Notes: generated by a model from the sequence alone, not told the origin. Counted from the stretch's first letter, positions 21,411-32,904 are shown. The stretch: DNA of 64,000 bases from an uncultured Solirubrobacteraceae bacterium (GCA_963843865.1 CAWJMO010000020.1:46553-110552); one strand, 5' to 3'. Numbers and translations: made by a program.

Positions 21411-22397
21411 GTGATGAGTGCCGACACGACCACCCCCGCCAAGGTGCCGCCGCCGCGGCAGGCGCCCCCACCGCGCGTCTCCGACGCACCCCGCAGAGGG
21501 GGGACGTCTAGAGGGACCGGCGTCCCCTGGCTGCTGCTCGCCCCCTGTCTGCTCATCCTCGGCCTGGTCATGGGCTATCCGCTGGTCCGCCTGGTCACCC
21601 TGTCCTTCCAGTCCTTCGGGCAGTCCCAGCTGTGGGGCTTCAAGCCGGCCGAGTGGATCGGCTTCGACAACTTCTCCGGCATGCTGGGCGACGGCGAGTT
21701 CTGGGCGGTCGTGGTCCGCACGATCGTCTTCGCGGCCGGCTCGGTCATCTTCACGATGGTCGCCGGCATGGTCATCGCCCTGCTCCAGCAGAGGGTCTCC
21801 GGCTGGGTGAAGACCCTCATCAACATTGTCCTGGTGGCCAGCTGGGGCATGCCGGTCATCGTCGCGACCACCGTCTTCAAGTGGCTCTTCGACTCGGACT
21901 ACGGCGTCTTCAACGCGCTGCTCAGCAAGTTGCCCGGCGTCGACATGATCGGCCACAACTGGTTCGCCAGCGGACCGCAGGGCCTGCCCGTGATCATGCT
22001 GCTGGTGGTGTGGGGCGCGGTGCCCTTCGTGGTGATCACCCTCAGCGCCGGACTCACCCAGGTCCCCCAGGAGTTGGAGGAGGCGGCCCGCCTCGACGGC
22101 GCCGGCGCGTGGGGCGTCTTCCGGTACGTCACCCTGCCCATCCTCAAGCCGATCATCGTGATGCTCACGACCCTGTCGGTGATCTGGGACATGGGCGTCT
22201 TCCCGCAGGTCTTCGTGATGCGCGGCGGGCACCCCGAGGCCGAGTTCCAACTGCTCACCACCTATTCGTACGACCGTGCCTTCGTCGTCAACGACTACGG
22301 ACAGGGTTCGGCGATAGCCCTGGTCACCGTGGTGCTGCTGCTCGGGGTGGTCGCCGTCTACATGCGTCAGATGCTGAAGATCGGAGAGGTCGAATGA
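21411..22397 (+). CDS. dasB: ABC sugar transporter permease
   Basis: Intact 328-aa ORF. Multi-TM, with a MalF/G-type permease segment (LPQELEEAARLDGAGAWGVFRYVTLPILKP). Confidence 0.9.
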   Translation: MMSADTTTPAKVPPPRQAPPPRVSDAPRRGGTSRGTGVPWLLLAPCLLILGLVMGYPLVRLVTLSFQSFGQSQLWGFKPAEWIGFDNFSGMLGDGEFWAVVVRTIVFAAGSVIFTMVAGMVIALLQQRVSGWVKTLINIVLVASWGMPVIVATTVFKWLFDSDYGVFNALLSKLPGVDMIGHNWFASGPQGLPVIMLLVVWGAVPFVVITLSAGLTQVPQELEEAARLDGAGAWGVFRYVTLPILKPIIVMLTTLSVIWDMGVFPQVFVMRGGHPEAEFQLLTTYSYDRAFVVNDYGQGSAIALVTVVLLLGVVAVYMRQMLKIGEVE

Positions 22398-23256
22398 GCG
22401 CGCTCGCGACCGATGCGCCGAGACGTCGGGTGGTGGCCGCCGGAAGTCGAAGCTGGGCTGGAACCTCGTCGGCCTGCTCGTCTTCGTCGTCGTCGGCTTC
22501 CCCCTCTACTGGATGCTCAACACGGCGTTCAAACCGGCCAAGGACGCCATCGACCCGGACCCGAGCCTGCTGCCCACCGGCATCACCCTCGACAACTTCC
22601 GCCGGGCGCTGGACATCGCCGACTTCTGGGGCCCGGTCGGCCGCAGCCTCATCGTGTCCTTCTCGGTCGTCGTGATCGGCGTCGTCGTCGGCCTGCTGGC
22701 CGCGCTCGCCATCTCCCGCTTCGCCTTCCGCGGCCGCAAGATCGTGATCGTCGGCATCCTCGCGGTCCAGATGGTCCCGCTGGTCTCGATGATCATCCCG
22801 GTCTTCCTGCTCCTGAACGACCTCGACCAGTACGACAAGCTCTCGGGCCTGGTCATCACGTACCTGACCTTCATCCTCCCGTTCACGGTGTGGACCCTGC
22901 GCGGCTTCATCGTCAACATCCCGAAGGAGTTGGAGGAGGCGGCCATGGTCGACGGCTGCTCCCGCACCGGCGCCTTCATCCGCGTCGTCTTCCCGCTCCT
23001 GGCCCCCGGCATGGTCGCCACTTCGGTCTACGGCTTCATCCAGGCCTGGAACGAGTACCTGTACGCCCTCATGCTGCTCAGCCAGGAGCACCAGACGGCG
23101 ACCGTCTGGCTCGGCAACTTCACCACCAAGCACGGCACCGAGTACGCCCCGATGATGGCCGGCGCCACGATGATGGCCGTGCCGATCGTCGTCCTGTTCC
23201 TCATCGTCCAGCGCAAGATGGCCGCGGGGCTGACCGCGGGCGCTGTGAAGGGATAA
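22394..23256 (+). CDS. dasC: ABC sugar transporter permease (one frame break near 22.43 kb)
   Basis: The ATG overlaps the dasB stop (ATGA). MSALATDAPRRR..., then the 22513-23256 frame with IPKELEEAAMVDGCSRTGAFIRVVFPLLAP. Confidence 0.9.
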
Positions 23257-23265
23257 CGCCAACCG

Positions 23266-24773
23266 ATGACGACTCTCGCCAGCGGTACAGACACCCTGAC
23301 CCGCGACGCCCTCACCGTCCTACAGCCCGGCTTCGCCGGCACCACCGCCCCCGACTGGCTGCTCCGGCGCCTCGGCGAAGGCCTGGCCTCGGTGGGCCTG
23401 TTCGGCCGCAACATCGCGTCACCCGATCAACTGTCCTCGCTGACCGCCCAGTTGCGCTCCGAACGGGATGACGTCCTGGTCGCGATCGACGAGGAGGGCG
23501 GGGACGTCACCCGCCTGGAGGCCCGCACGGGCTCCTCCTTCCCGGGCAACCACGCGCTCGGCGCGGTCGACGACGTGGACCTGACGAGGGCGGTGGCCCA
23601 CGAGCTGGGCCGCAGACTCGCCGAATGCGGTGTGAACCTGAACTGGGCCCCTTCCGCCGACGTCAACTCCAACCCCTCCAACCCGGTCATCGGCGTCCGT
23701 TCCTTCGGCGCCGACCCGGAGCTGGTCGCCCGGCACACGGCGGCCTACGTCACCGGCCTCCAGTCGGCGGGCGTCGCCGCCTGCACGAAGCACTTCCCGG
23801 GCCACGGCGACACGGCGGTCGACTCCCACCACGCGCTGCCGCGCATCGACGTGGAGTCGACGGTGCTGGAGCAGCGCGAACTGCTCCCGTTCCGCGCGGC
23901 CATCGCCGCCGGCACCCGCGCGGTGATGAGCGCCCACATCCTGGTCCCCACCCTGGACCCGGACCGCCCGGCCACCCTCTCCCTCAGCATCCTGACCGAC
24001 CTCCTGCGCGGCCGGCTCGGCTACGACGGCCTCATCGTCACCGACGGCATGGAGATGCAGGCCATCGCCGCCACCTACGGCATCGAACGCGGCAGCGTCC
24101 TCGCGATCGCCGCCGGCGCGGACGCGATCTGCGTGGGCGGAGGCCTCGCGGACGACGAGACGGTACGACGCCTGCGGGACGCGCTGGTGGGGGCGGTGCG
24201 GTCGGGGGAGCTCCCGGAGGAACGCCTGGCCGAAGCGGCGGAACGGGTGCGGGGGCTGGCGCGGTGGACGGCATCGGGTGCCGCTGCCGCCCGGAATCGG
24301 CGTCCGCGTCGGCAGGAGGCGTGACGCGCGTGGATGTCGGCCTCGTCGCCGCCCGCCGCGCCCTGACGGTCACCGGCGCCGACGACTTCACCCCGCTCAC
24401 CGAACCGCCCTACGTCGCGCTCCTCACCCCCGTCGCCAACATCGCCGTCGGCGACGAGACGCCCTGGGGCGTGGCCGCGGAACTGGCCCGGCTCCTGCCC
24501 GGCACGGAGACGGCCGGCTTCGCCGGGGAGGACGCGGGAGGTGACGTCCTGAACGCGGCCGGCGCGCGACGCGTCGTCGTCGTGGTCCGGGACGAACACC
24601 GGCACCCCTGGATGGCGGCCACCCTCGACACCCTGCTCGCCGCCCGCCCCGACACCGTCGTGGTCGAGATGGGCGTCCCGCAGGCACCGCCCCGAGGCGC
24701 CCTCCACATCGCGACCCACGGTGCGGCCCGCGTCTGCGGCCACGCGGCGGCGGAGGTCATCGCGGGCGCGTGA
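23266..24773 (+). CDS. dasD: GH3 beta-N-acetylglucosaminidase (one frame break near 24.29 kb)
   Basis: AIDEEGGDV, KHFPGHGDTAVDSH and IVTDGMEMQAI. The C-terminal domain continues in the 23625-24773 frame. Confidence 0.85.
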
Positions 24774-24880
24774 CCACGCGCCGGGGGAGCGACCCCGACC
24801 GGGGGAACACCTCCGAATACACCGGTGCCGGGCCCTCCACGGGGGGGCCCGGCACCGGCACGTACACACATGAGACCGGG

Positions 24881-25667
24881 TCAGATCCCTTGCCAGTCCG
24901 GCTTGTTGACGAACGTGTGCCGGAAATAGTCCGCGAGCTTCAGCTTGGACGCGGCGCCCTCGTCGACGACGACCGTCGCATGCCGGTGCAACTGGAGCGC
25001 CGACGCCGGGCACACCGCGGCGACCGGCCCCTCGACGGTCGCGGCGACCGCGTCCGCCTTGCCCTCACCGGTCGCGAGGAGCACCAGGTGCCGGGCCTCC
25101 AGGATCGTGCCGATGCCCTGCGTGATCACGTGGTGCGGGACCTGCTCGATGTCGCCGTCGAAGAACCGCGCGTTGTCCACCCGCGTCTGCTCGGTCAGCG
25201 TCTTGATCCGGGTCCGCGAGGCCAGCGACGAGCACGGCTCGTTGAACCCGATGTGCCCGTCGGTCCCGATCCCCAGCATCTGCAGATCGACCCCGCCGGC
25301 CTCGGTCAGCGCCCGGTCGTACGCCTCGCACGCCGCCTGCACGTCCTCGGCGGTCCCGTCCGGCCCCATGAACGCGTCGATCCCGACCCCGAGCGGCTCC
25401 AGCACCTCGCGCCGCAGGACCGAGCGGTACGACTCCGGGTGCTCGGCCGGCAGCCCCACGTACTCGTCGAGCTGGGCGATCCGCGCCCGCGAGGCGTCCA
25501 CGGCACCCGGCCCGGACCTTGGCCGCGAGCGCCTCGTAGATGGGCAGCGGGGTCGAGCCGGTGGCCACGCCGAGCAGGGCGTCGGGCTTGCGCCGGAGCA
25601 GCTGGGCCATGGCCTCGGCGATGAGCTCGCCGCCCGACTTGGCGTCCGGAACGATGACAACTTCCAC
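24881..25667 (-). CDS. nagB: glucosamine-6-phosphate deaminase (one frame break near 25.5 kb)
   Basis: [24 protein letters not shown] (GTG is the complement of 25665-25667), [24 protein letters not shown] and [13 protein letters not shown]. Confidence 0.9.
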
Positions 25668-25713
25668 GCTGGCCTGCCGATCTAGAGGGGCTTCGTGGAG
25701 CCCGGAGGTGCTG

Positions 25714-25729
25714 TGTGGTATAGACCAAT
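25714..25729. promoter_or_regulatory. dre site TGTGGTATAGACCAAT upstream of nagB
   Basis: GGT.TAGACCA core intact; 47 nt upstream of the nagB start. Confidence 0.7.
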
Positions 25730-25878
25730 CCGCGCACCAATCTAACAGAGGAGGGTCCCGCCTCCCAGAGTTCGCCGCCTGTCCGGGCACCGGAACCGCC
25801 CAACAGAGGCGTCACCTCCCCAGAGGGGGTGAAATGGACACCGCACCACTGCCGCGAACGACCTCCGGAGGACCCGGC

Positions 25879-26165
25879 ATGACCGCCACGTCACCGGCCC
25901 CCGACAGCGAACTCCCCGGCCGGCATCATCGGCCCGCGAGATGGCCGAGCAGCCCGCGGTCCTGCGCCGGCATCCTGGACGAGGGCGCCCCGCTGCATCC
26001 GCCAGGTCGCCCAGGAGGTGGCCGTACGCAAGCCGCGCTTCGTCCTGCTCACCGCCCGCGGCACCTCCGCAACGCGGCCCTGTACGCCAAGTACCTCCTG
26101 GAGATCCGCCTCGCTCGCTCCCGTGACCAGTGCCGTCCTGCCCGCAAGCACGCCCATGGCGACGC
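25879..26165 (+). pseudogene. SIS-domain (GlmS/AgaS-like) sugar-phosphate isomerase gene, only about the first 95 codons present
   Basis: MTATSPAPDSELPGR..MAEQPAVLRRILDEGAP..VAQEVAVRKPRFVLLTARGTS.NAALYAKYLLEIRL after two frame corrections. Similarity ends near 26165 and is followed by about 90 bp of AT-richer spacer, then the TetR gene. An alternative start is ATG 25834. Confidence 0.5.
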
Positions 26166-26254
26166 CCCCTTCGCAATTCCATAGCGGTCGCTACAGAAAA
26201 GACCGTACAGCAGTCCGCCGACATTTCTCTAGCACCCGCTATACAATTCACTCC

Positions 26255-26885
26255 ATGGTGGGCAGCGAGGAGACGGCGCGAAGGTGGCCGTCACGCGAAG
26301 CCGCGTGGCCGGCCCCGCTCCTTCGACCGTGAGACCGCGCTGGAGAAGGCGGTCCTGGCCTTCTGGGAGCACGGGTACGAGGCGACCTCCGTCTCCGACC
26401 TCACCCGCGTCATGGGCATCGGCGCGCCGAGCCTGTACGCGGCGTTCGGTGACAAGCAGCTCCTGTTCGAGGAGGTCGTGACCTCGTACGGCAGACGCTA
26501 CGGCTCCTTCGGTGACCGCGCCCTCGCCGAGGAGCCCACCGCCCGGGCTGCCGTGGCGCGGATGCTGCGGGAGGCCGCCGCCGAGTACACGGCCGCCGGC
26601 CGCCCCCACGGCTGCCTGGTCATCCACGCGGCGACGAACTGCACGACCCCCGAGGTCGAGGCGCCCTGCGCGACCGGCGCAACGCCAACATCGCCGCGTT
26701 CGAGAGTCGTCATCAGGGCCGGCGTCGCGGCGGGGGAGCTGCCGGCCGGCACCGACGCCGCCGCGCTCGCCCGGCACACCGGGGCGGTCATCCAGGGCAT
26801 GTCCCAGCAGGCGCGGGACGGCGCGAGCCGGGAGCAACTGGAGGCGCTCGCGGAAATTGCCATGACCATCTGGCCCCGCACATGA
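26255..26885 (+). CDS. TetR family transcriptional regulator (frame breaks)
   Basis: HTH segment ATSVSDLTRVMGIGAPSLYAAFGDKQLLFEEVV in the 26130-26885 frame. The ATG at 26255 is in the 26018 frame, so one correction near 26282 is needed. Confidence 0.8.
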
Positions 26886-26994
26886 ACCCACACGGGTTAG
26901 GCTGCGTGAGTGGATGCCAGGACGTCCTGAGTGAGTCGCGTCCGCGCCCCGGAAAGTGACAACAACAAACAGTCTCCAACGCATGGACACACAG

Positions 26995-27010
26995 AGTGGT
27001 CTAGTCCACA
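26995..27010. promoter_or_regulatory. dre-like site AGTGGTCTAGTCCACA
   Basis: 13 of 16 positions match the dre consensus. It lies in the 411-bp gap between the TetR gene and pdtaS, directly followed by ATG-CGT-AGGAGG. Confidence 0.6.
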
Positions 27011-27296
27011 ATGCGTAGGAGGTACGTTGTAAGCATGCGAAGCAAGCGAGCTTCCGTCTTCCCCGCACAGGAAGACGGACCGAGGAACCGGAGCTCTCTG
27101 CCCTGACTGCCCCGGCTCCTCATCCTTCGGCCGATCCGGGACCGCACACCCCGCGGCCGATGTTGCTCCGGGCTGCGGTGCCGGGAGGGTTGAGGGTCCC
27201 TCTCAGGCGCCGCGGCCCGCGGGTGTTCTGGGGCCATGTCACGGAGCCCTCGGCCGCTTTTAGGACCTGCACATACCGCCAGGTACGCTCGCACAC

Positions 27297-28773
27297 GTGC
27301 CCTCCATGAACGAACTCGTACGCCAGCACACCGCCCTCGACGACTCCGACCTCGAGTGGCTCCATCTGCTGGTCTCGGAGTGGCAGCTGCTCTCCGACCT
27401 CTCCTTCGCCGACCTCGTCCTGTGGGTCCCCACCCGCGACGGCACCCGCTATGTCTCCGTCGCCCAGATGCGGCCCAACACCGGCCCCACCTCCTACCAG
27501 GACGACATGGTCGGCCACCTCGTCCCGCGCGGCCGCCGCCCCATGCTGGACGCCGCGCTCGACGAGGGCCGCATCGTGCGCGAGGGCGACCCGGAGTGGC
27601 GCGAGGAGGTCCCGGTCCGGGTCGAGTCGATTCCGGTACGACGGGAGGGGCGCGTCCTCGGTGTCATCGCGCGCAACACCAACCTGCTCACCGTGCGCAC
27701 CCCGAGCCGTCTGGAACTGACGTACCTCCAGAGCGCCTCGGACCTCGCGCAGATGATCGCGGCCGGCTCCTTCCCGTTCCCGAACCAGCAGGTCGACATG
27801 GACGCCTCGCCGCGCGTCGGCGACGGCCTGATCCGTCTCGACGCGGACGGCATCGTCCAGTACGCCTCGCCCGAACGCCCTGTCCGCCTACCACCGCATG
27901 GGCCTCGCCGCCGACCTCGTCGGCCAGCACCTCGGCAGGACCACCGCCGAACTCGCCCCGACCCGCGGGCCGGTGGACGAGGCGCTCGCCAAGGTCGCCA
28001 GCGGATGGGCGCCGCGCGAGTTCGAGATCGAGGCCCGCGACGGGGTCATCCAGTTCCGCGCGATCCCGCTCAAGCCCAAGGGCACCCGCATCGGTTCGCT
28101 GGTCCTGCTCCGCGACGTCACCGAACTGCGTCGCCGCGAGCGCGAGTTGATCACCAAGGACGCGACCATCCGGGAGATCCACCACCGGGTGAAGAACAAC
28201 CTCCAGACGGTCGCCGCCCTGCTGCGCCTCCAGGCCCGGCGCATCGAGTCCGACCGCGGCCGCGAGGCCCTCGAAGAGGCGGTACGCCGGGTCGGATCGA
28301 TCGCGATCGTGCACGAGACGCTGTCCCAGAACCTGGACGAGCGCGTGGAGTTCGACGAGATCGCCGACCGCGTCCTCGCGATGGTCGCCGAGATCTCGCC
28401 GGGCAAGGTCACCGGCCGGCGCACCGGCCGCTTCGGCATCCTGGACGCCGAGGTCGCCACCCCGCTGTCCATGGTCCTGACGGAGATCCTCCAGAACGCC
28501 CTGGAACACGGATTCCGCGAAGGCGACACCGGCACGGTCGAGGTCTCCGCCGTCCGCGGCGGCACCAGCAAGGAGGCCCGCCTCCTCGTCACCGTCCAGG
28601 ACGACGGCGTCGGCCTGCCCGAGGGCTTCGACCCGCACACCTCCGGCAACCTCGGCCTGCAGATCGTCCGGACCCTGGTGGAGGGCGAGTTGGGCGGCAC
28701 GTTCGACATGGTTCCGGCGCCGGAGCGCGGCACGCAGGTGATCCTGGACATCCCGGTGCAGGCGCACAAGTAG
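27297..28773 (+). CDS. pdtaS: cytoplasmic sensor histidine kinase, PdtaS type (one frame break near 27.88 kb)
   Basis: No TM segments. H-box IHHRVKNNLQTVAALLRLQ (HisKA_2 type) and N-box TEILQNALEHG. It is convergent with a whiB1/wblE gene, as remembered for M. tuberculosis pdtaS-whiB1. The start is GTG 27297 or ATG 27306. Confidence 0.8.
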
Positions 28774-28821
28774 CGCCGTAGCACGGAGTTCGACGCGGGC
28801 ACGCGTACAGCAGGCAAGCAG

Positions 28822-28850
28822 GAGCCCCGGACCGTCAAGGTCCGGGGCTC
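28822..28850. terminator. bidirectional hairpin between convergent pdtaS and wblE
   Basis: GAGCCCCGGACC gtcaa GGTCCGGGGCTC, a perfect 12-bp stem. Confidence 0.55.
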
Positions 28851-28968
28851 GAAATGCTCGTTGCAGCTTGTGCTGCGCATCGGGGGTACTGCGCGCTGCG
28901 GCTCGGGGGCGGGAGATGCGTACTCGCTGTACGCGCCGCCAAGCTCAGGCTGTCGCGGGGCGGGTGTG

Positions 28969-29226
28969 TCAGGCGGAGGCCTGACGGGCCCGGTTGCGGG
29001 CGGCGCGGCGCTTCATGGCGCGGCGCTCGTCCTCGCTGAGACCACCCCAGACGCCGGAGTCCTGGCCGGACTCGAGCGCCCACTGCAGGCACTGATCCAT
29101 AACGGGGCAGCGACGGCAGACGGCCTTGGCTTCCTCGATCTGCAGCAGCGCAGGACCGGTGTTGCCGATGGGGAAGAAGAGCTCGGGGTCTTCCTCGCGG
29201 CAAACGGCGTTGTGACGCCAGTCCAT
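28969..29226 (-). CDS. wblE: WhiB-family Fe-S transcription factor (WhiB1/WblE type)
   Basis: Intact 85-aa ORF. Cys in AVCREED and CRRCPVMDQC, GVWGG turn, and a basic tail KRRAARNRARQ. Confidence 0.9.
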   Translation of the reverse strand: MDWRHNAVCREEDPELFFPIGNTGPALLQIEEAKAVCRRCPVMDQCLQWALESGQDSGVWGGLSEDERRAMKRRAARNRARQASA

Positions 29227-29546
29227 GGCTGCTACCTCTCCTTGGTATTACGTGCAGGTTGCTTGTGAATGTGAACGCTTTCACGAATCCCTCAACAAGT
29301 GAAGGGCCGTCCGCCAGGTTTCCCTGGCGTGGTCCTGTGGATTGAAGAGGGGTTCCGGTGATCTGTGGAGGCCGGTGTTGCGGGCCGTCCCGATCGCCAC
29401 GTAGAGACTCGCAAACCTCAGCGGCGGATACAACCCCTTCCGGAAAGTTTTTTTTGATTCCTCGGTGTCGACTAGGTCACAGCCGTACTTCCATGGGGTG
29501 GATCCTGGCCTAAACGTTCGAGTGAAAGGACTTCAGCCCTTTCTGC

Positions 29547-30517
29547 TCACACAATCACACGCAGTGCACGGCGTACGCCTGTGAACGTCACGCTCGTACG
29601 CAGCCCCAGGTGGTCGCCGTCCATCTGAAGGGGCAGGGGCACCTTCGAATGCAAGGTGAACTCGGTCCAGGTCGTGCAGGGACACGGCGTGCTTGCCATG
29701 GGGTCCGCGCTCGGGGGACGAAGTGAGCAACTGGGTGCCATACCGGGCAACCGCGGCCGTGGACATACGGCTGAGACCGAGCACGTCGAGGCCGGTGTCG
29801 AACGAGGCCTTAGGCGACGCGTACATCGGGCGATTGCCCAGGTAGGTCCAGGGAGAGGTGTTGCAGACTATGGACAGCACCAGATCGGTCACCGGGTCCG
29901 CGCCGGGCCGCTCCAGCGTGATCGTGCCGTGCCGGCGGTGCGGCTCGCCGAGGAACTGGCGGACGACCTGGCGCAGTAGAGCGCATGGGTGGATCTCCTG
30001 CCGCGCTCGCGCTGCTGTTCGACCCGTCCGACCACGCCGGCGTCGAAGCCGAGCCCCGCGCAGAAGGTGAACCAGCGCGCGGGCACGGCCTCGTCCTCGG
30101 TGCCCGGCGTGCCCGACGGCCAGCCCCAGGCCGACCGTGCGTTCGCTGCCCTCGCGCAGGGCGTCCAGCAGGGCGCCGGTCGCCTCCACGGCGTCGTTGG
30201 GCAGGCCCAGGGCGCGGGCGAAGACGTTGGTGGAGCCGCCGGGGACCACGGCGAGGCGCGGGCAGGCGCTCCGGGTCGGGGCCGGCGTGCAGCAGGCCGT
30301 TGACGACCTCGTTGACCGTGCCGTCGCCGCCGAGGGCGACGACCAGGTCGATGTCCTCGCTCTCCGCCGCCTGCCGGCCGAGGTCGCGCGCGTGGCCGCG
30401 GTACTCGGTGGTGACCGCCTCCAGCTTCATCTCGCTCGCGAGCGCGTGGATCAGCACATCGCGCGTACGTGCGCTTGTGGTGGTTGCCGCCGGATTGACC
30501 ACGAGAAGTGCACGCAT
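29547..30517 (-). CDS. diacylglycerol/lipid kinase family protein (frame breaks)
   Basis: MRALLVVNPAATTTS and GGDGTVNEVVNGL. The C-terminus MDGDHLGLRTSVTFTGVRRALRVIV ends at the complement of 29547-29549. Confidence 0.8.
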
Positions 30518-30650
30518 GAGTTGCAGCGTACCTACTGGGCGGTACCGGGCACAGGCCGAGGTAGGGATCAGGTAAGAGGGAGGGCGTGAGCCTCGCCACG
30601 GGGCCCGGTCAACCTCGCGGAGGCCCGCATCCCGGGGCTACCCTTCTGGG

Positions 30651-31108
30651 GTGAGCAGCTGAGCAGACCCCCGCCCCCGAGCCGCGAGACCGCCGGCCCG
30701 CGTCCCGCGCCGGCTGACGTACGCCGCGGCGCTCGCCGCGCTGGAGGGGCTCGCGCTCGTCGTCGGGGGTGTCTGGATGCTCGTGGTGGGTCTCGACCGG
30801 TGACCCGGACGACCGGCGGTCAGGCCGTCACCGGCGGCATCACGCTGGTCGTCCTCGCGCTGCTGCCGCTGCTCGCCGCGCGCGGGCTGCTCGGCCGGCG
30901 CAGCTGGAGCCGCGGGCCCGCCGTCATCACCCAGATCATGGCGCTGCCGGTGGCCTACAACCTGCTGCAGGCCGACAGCGTGGCCATCCCGGCGGGCATC
31001 GCGCTCGCGGTCGTCGCGGTCGCCGCGCTGGTCCTGCTGATCAATCCGGCGACGACCCAGGCCCTCGGGATCCGGGGCCCGGGCCGCGCGCAGGACGGCA
31101 AGCGGTAG
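30651..31108 (+). CDS. small integral membrane protein, hypothetical (frame breaks in the 5' part)
   Basis: The 30800-31108 ORF has TM segments ITLVVLALLPLLAA, ITQIMALPVAYNLL and GIALAVVAVAALVLLI. An upstream TM segment, AAALAALEGLALVVGGVWMLVVGL, sits in another frame. GTG 30651 is a tentative start. Confidence 0.4.
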
Positions 31109-31149
31109 TCGTACGGCGCGCGGCACGCAGTCGTTCGGAGGCACGTCCG

Positions 31150-31984
31150 TCACTCCTCCACCAGGAGCTTCTCCCGCAGCTGTGCCAGCGTGCGGGCCAG
31201 CAGCCGGGAGACGTGCATCTGCGAGATGCCGACCTCCTGCGCGATCTGCGACTGGGTCATGTTGCCGAAGAAGCGCAGCAGCAGGATCCGCTTCTCGCGC
31301 GGGCGGCAGGTCCTCCAGGAGCGGCTTGAGGGACTCGCGGTACTCGACGCCCTCCAGGGCCTCGTCCTCGGCGCCCAGCGTGTCCGCGACCGCCGGGGAC
31401 TCGTCGTCCGTGTCGGGGACGTCCAGGGACAGCGTGGAGTACGCGTTGGCGGACTCCAGGCCCTCCAGGACCTCCTCCTCCGAGATGCGCCAGCTTCTCG
31501 GCGAGCTCGTGGACCGTGGGGGAGCGGCCGTGCTGCTGCGAGAGCTCCGCGGTCGCCGTGGTCAGCGACGAGACGCAGCTCCTGGAGGCGCCGCGGGACG
31601 CGCACCGCCCAGCCCTTGTCGCGGAAGTGCCGCTTGATCTCGCCGACGACCGTCGGGGTCGCGTACGTCGAGAACTCGACGCCGCGCTCCGGGTCGAAGC
31701 GGTCGACCGACTTGATCAGGCCGATGGTGGCGACCTGGGTGAGGTCGTCCAGCGGCTCGCCGCGGTTGCGGAAGCGGCGGGCGAGGTGCTCGACGAGCGG
31801 CAGGTGCATACGGACCAGCCGGTTGCGCAGCTCCGCGTACTCCGGCGCTGCCGTCCTTCAGCGCGCGCAGCTCGATGAACATGGCGCGCGCCCCGCTGCG
31901 GTCCTGCGGGTCGTGCTGCGTGGCGTGCTGCACGCTCTGCGCGCCCTGCCCGTCGTCCTCGGCGTTTCGCTCGTGCTCGCTCAT
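31150..31984 (-). CDS. sigH: SigB-like stress/developmental sigma factor SigH (frame breaks); a longer isoform may start at 32285
   Basis: MSEHERNAEDDGQGAQ..., LVRMHLPLVEHLARRF, DLTQVATIGLIKSVDRFD, YATPTVVGEIKRHFRD and region 4 SQIAQEVGISQMHVSRLL. It sits downstream of an RsbW-like gene. Confidence 0.85.
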
Positions 31985-32281
31985 CGTCCCGCCCGTCGCC
32001 CTTCTCCGAGCCCTCGCCTCCGCTCGGACCGGGGTGACCCCGGTCCGCCCGTCCGGAGGCGTGCCCTGCACGGCACCTTCCCGATTCGCGCTGCCCGTCG
32101 TCCAGGAGACCGGCGCTCCGCGGAGTCGTCCTCCGGGTGCGGCCGGGCCTGCTCGGGGATGCCGTCGAGCGCCGGCTCCGCCGGGCGTCGCGCCCCGTGC
32201 GTCGGGATCCGCCCGTGTCGCCCTCGGCCGGCAGCTCCCGTGTGCCGCGCTCTTCGTCCCGCACCGGCCCGTCCCCGTCCC

Positions 32282-32695
32282 TCACGCCGGCCCGGGTCCC
32301 GCGCCGCGCTGTTTGTAGAGGCTGATCGAAACGGTCTTGTCCTCGTCCACGGCGGAGGAGACCTTGCCCGCGAGGGCGGACAGCACGGTCCAGGCGAAGG
32401 TGTCACGCGCGGGGGCGTGGCCGTCCGTGGTCGGGGCCGAGACGGTGACCTCCAGCGAGTCGTCGACGAGCCGGAAGACACAGCTGAGCACCGAGCCGGG
32501 CACGGCCTGCTGGAGCAGGATCGCGCAGGCCTCGTCCACCGCGATGCGAAGGTCCTCGATCTCGTCGAGGGTGAAGTCCAAACGGGCCGCGAGGCCGGCC
32601 GTGGCCGTACGCAGCACCGACAGGTAGGCACCCGCAGCCGGCAGCCGGACTTCCACGAAGTCCTGGGTCGCGGGCTCGCCTGCGATCTGGGACAC
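32282..32695 (-). CDS. ushX: RsbW-like anti-sigma factor (UshX/PrsH)
   Basis: Intact ORF. VSQIAGEPATQDFVEVRLPAAGAYLSVLRTATAGLAARLDFTLDEIEDLRIAVDEA. GTG 32695 is preceded by GGAGG. The track start at 32707 is a TTG. Confidence 0.85.
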   Translation of the reverse strand: MSQIAGEPATQDFVEVRLPAAGAYLSVLRTATAGLAARLDFTLDEIEDLRIAVDEACAILLQQAVPGSVLSCVFRLVDDSLEVTVSAPTTDGHAPARDTFAWTVLSALAGKVSSAVDEDKTVSISLYKQRGAGPGPA

Positions 32696-32904
32696 CCTCA
32701 CCTCCAAGGTGGTACAAGCTTTTCGGGGCCGAGGGTCGCCCCCCGGGGTAACGCGACGTGTGGTTCAGCGGTGACGCTATCGCGCTCTCAAGTTTCCTGT
32801 CCCCGGGACCCCGACCCCTTGCCGTCACTCACAGTAAACCTGTGGACACGCTCCGTGTCTAGGGGTCTGCGGCTCCAATTGGGAAGAACGCGCGCCGGGT
32901 TGAC

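Noticed and set aside
27107-27296. ANTAR-type dual hexaloop hairpins in the pdtaS leader
   Set aside because: Several GC hairpins exist (for example TCGGCCG...CGGCCGA at 27127-27160). None forms the tandem small stem-loops with A1/G4 hexaloops expected for ANTAR targets.
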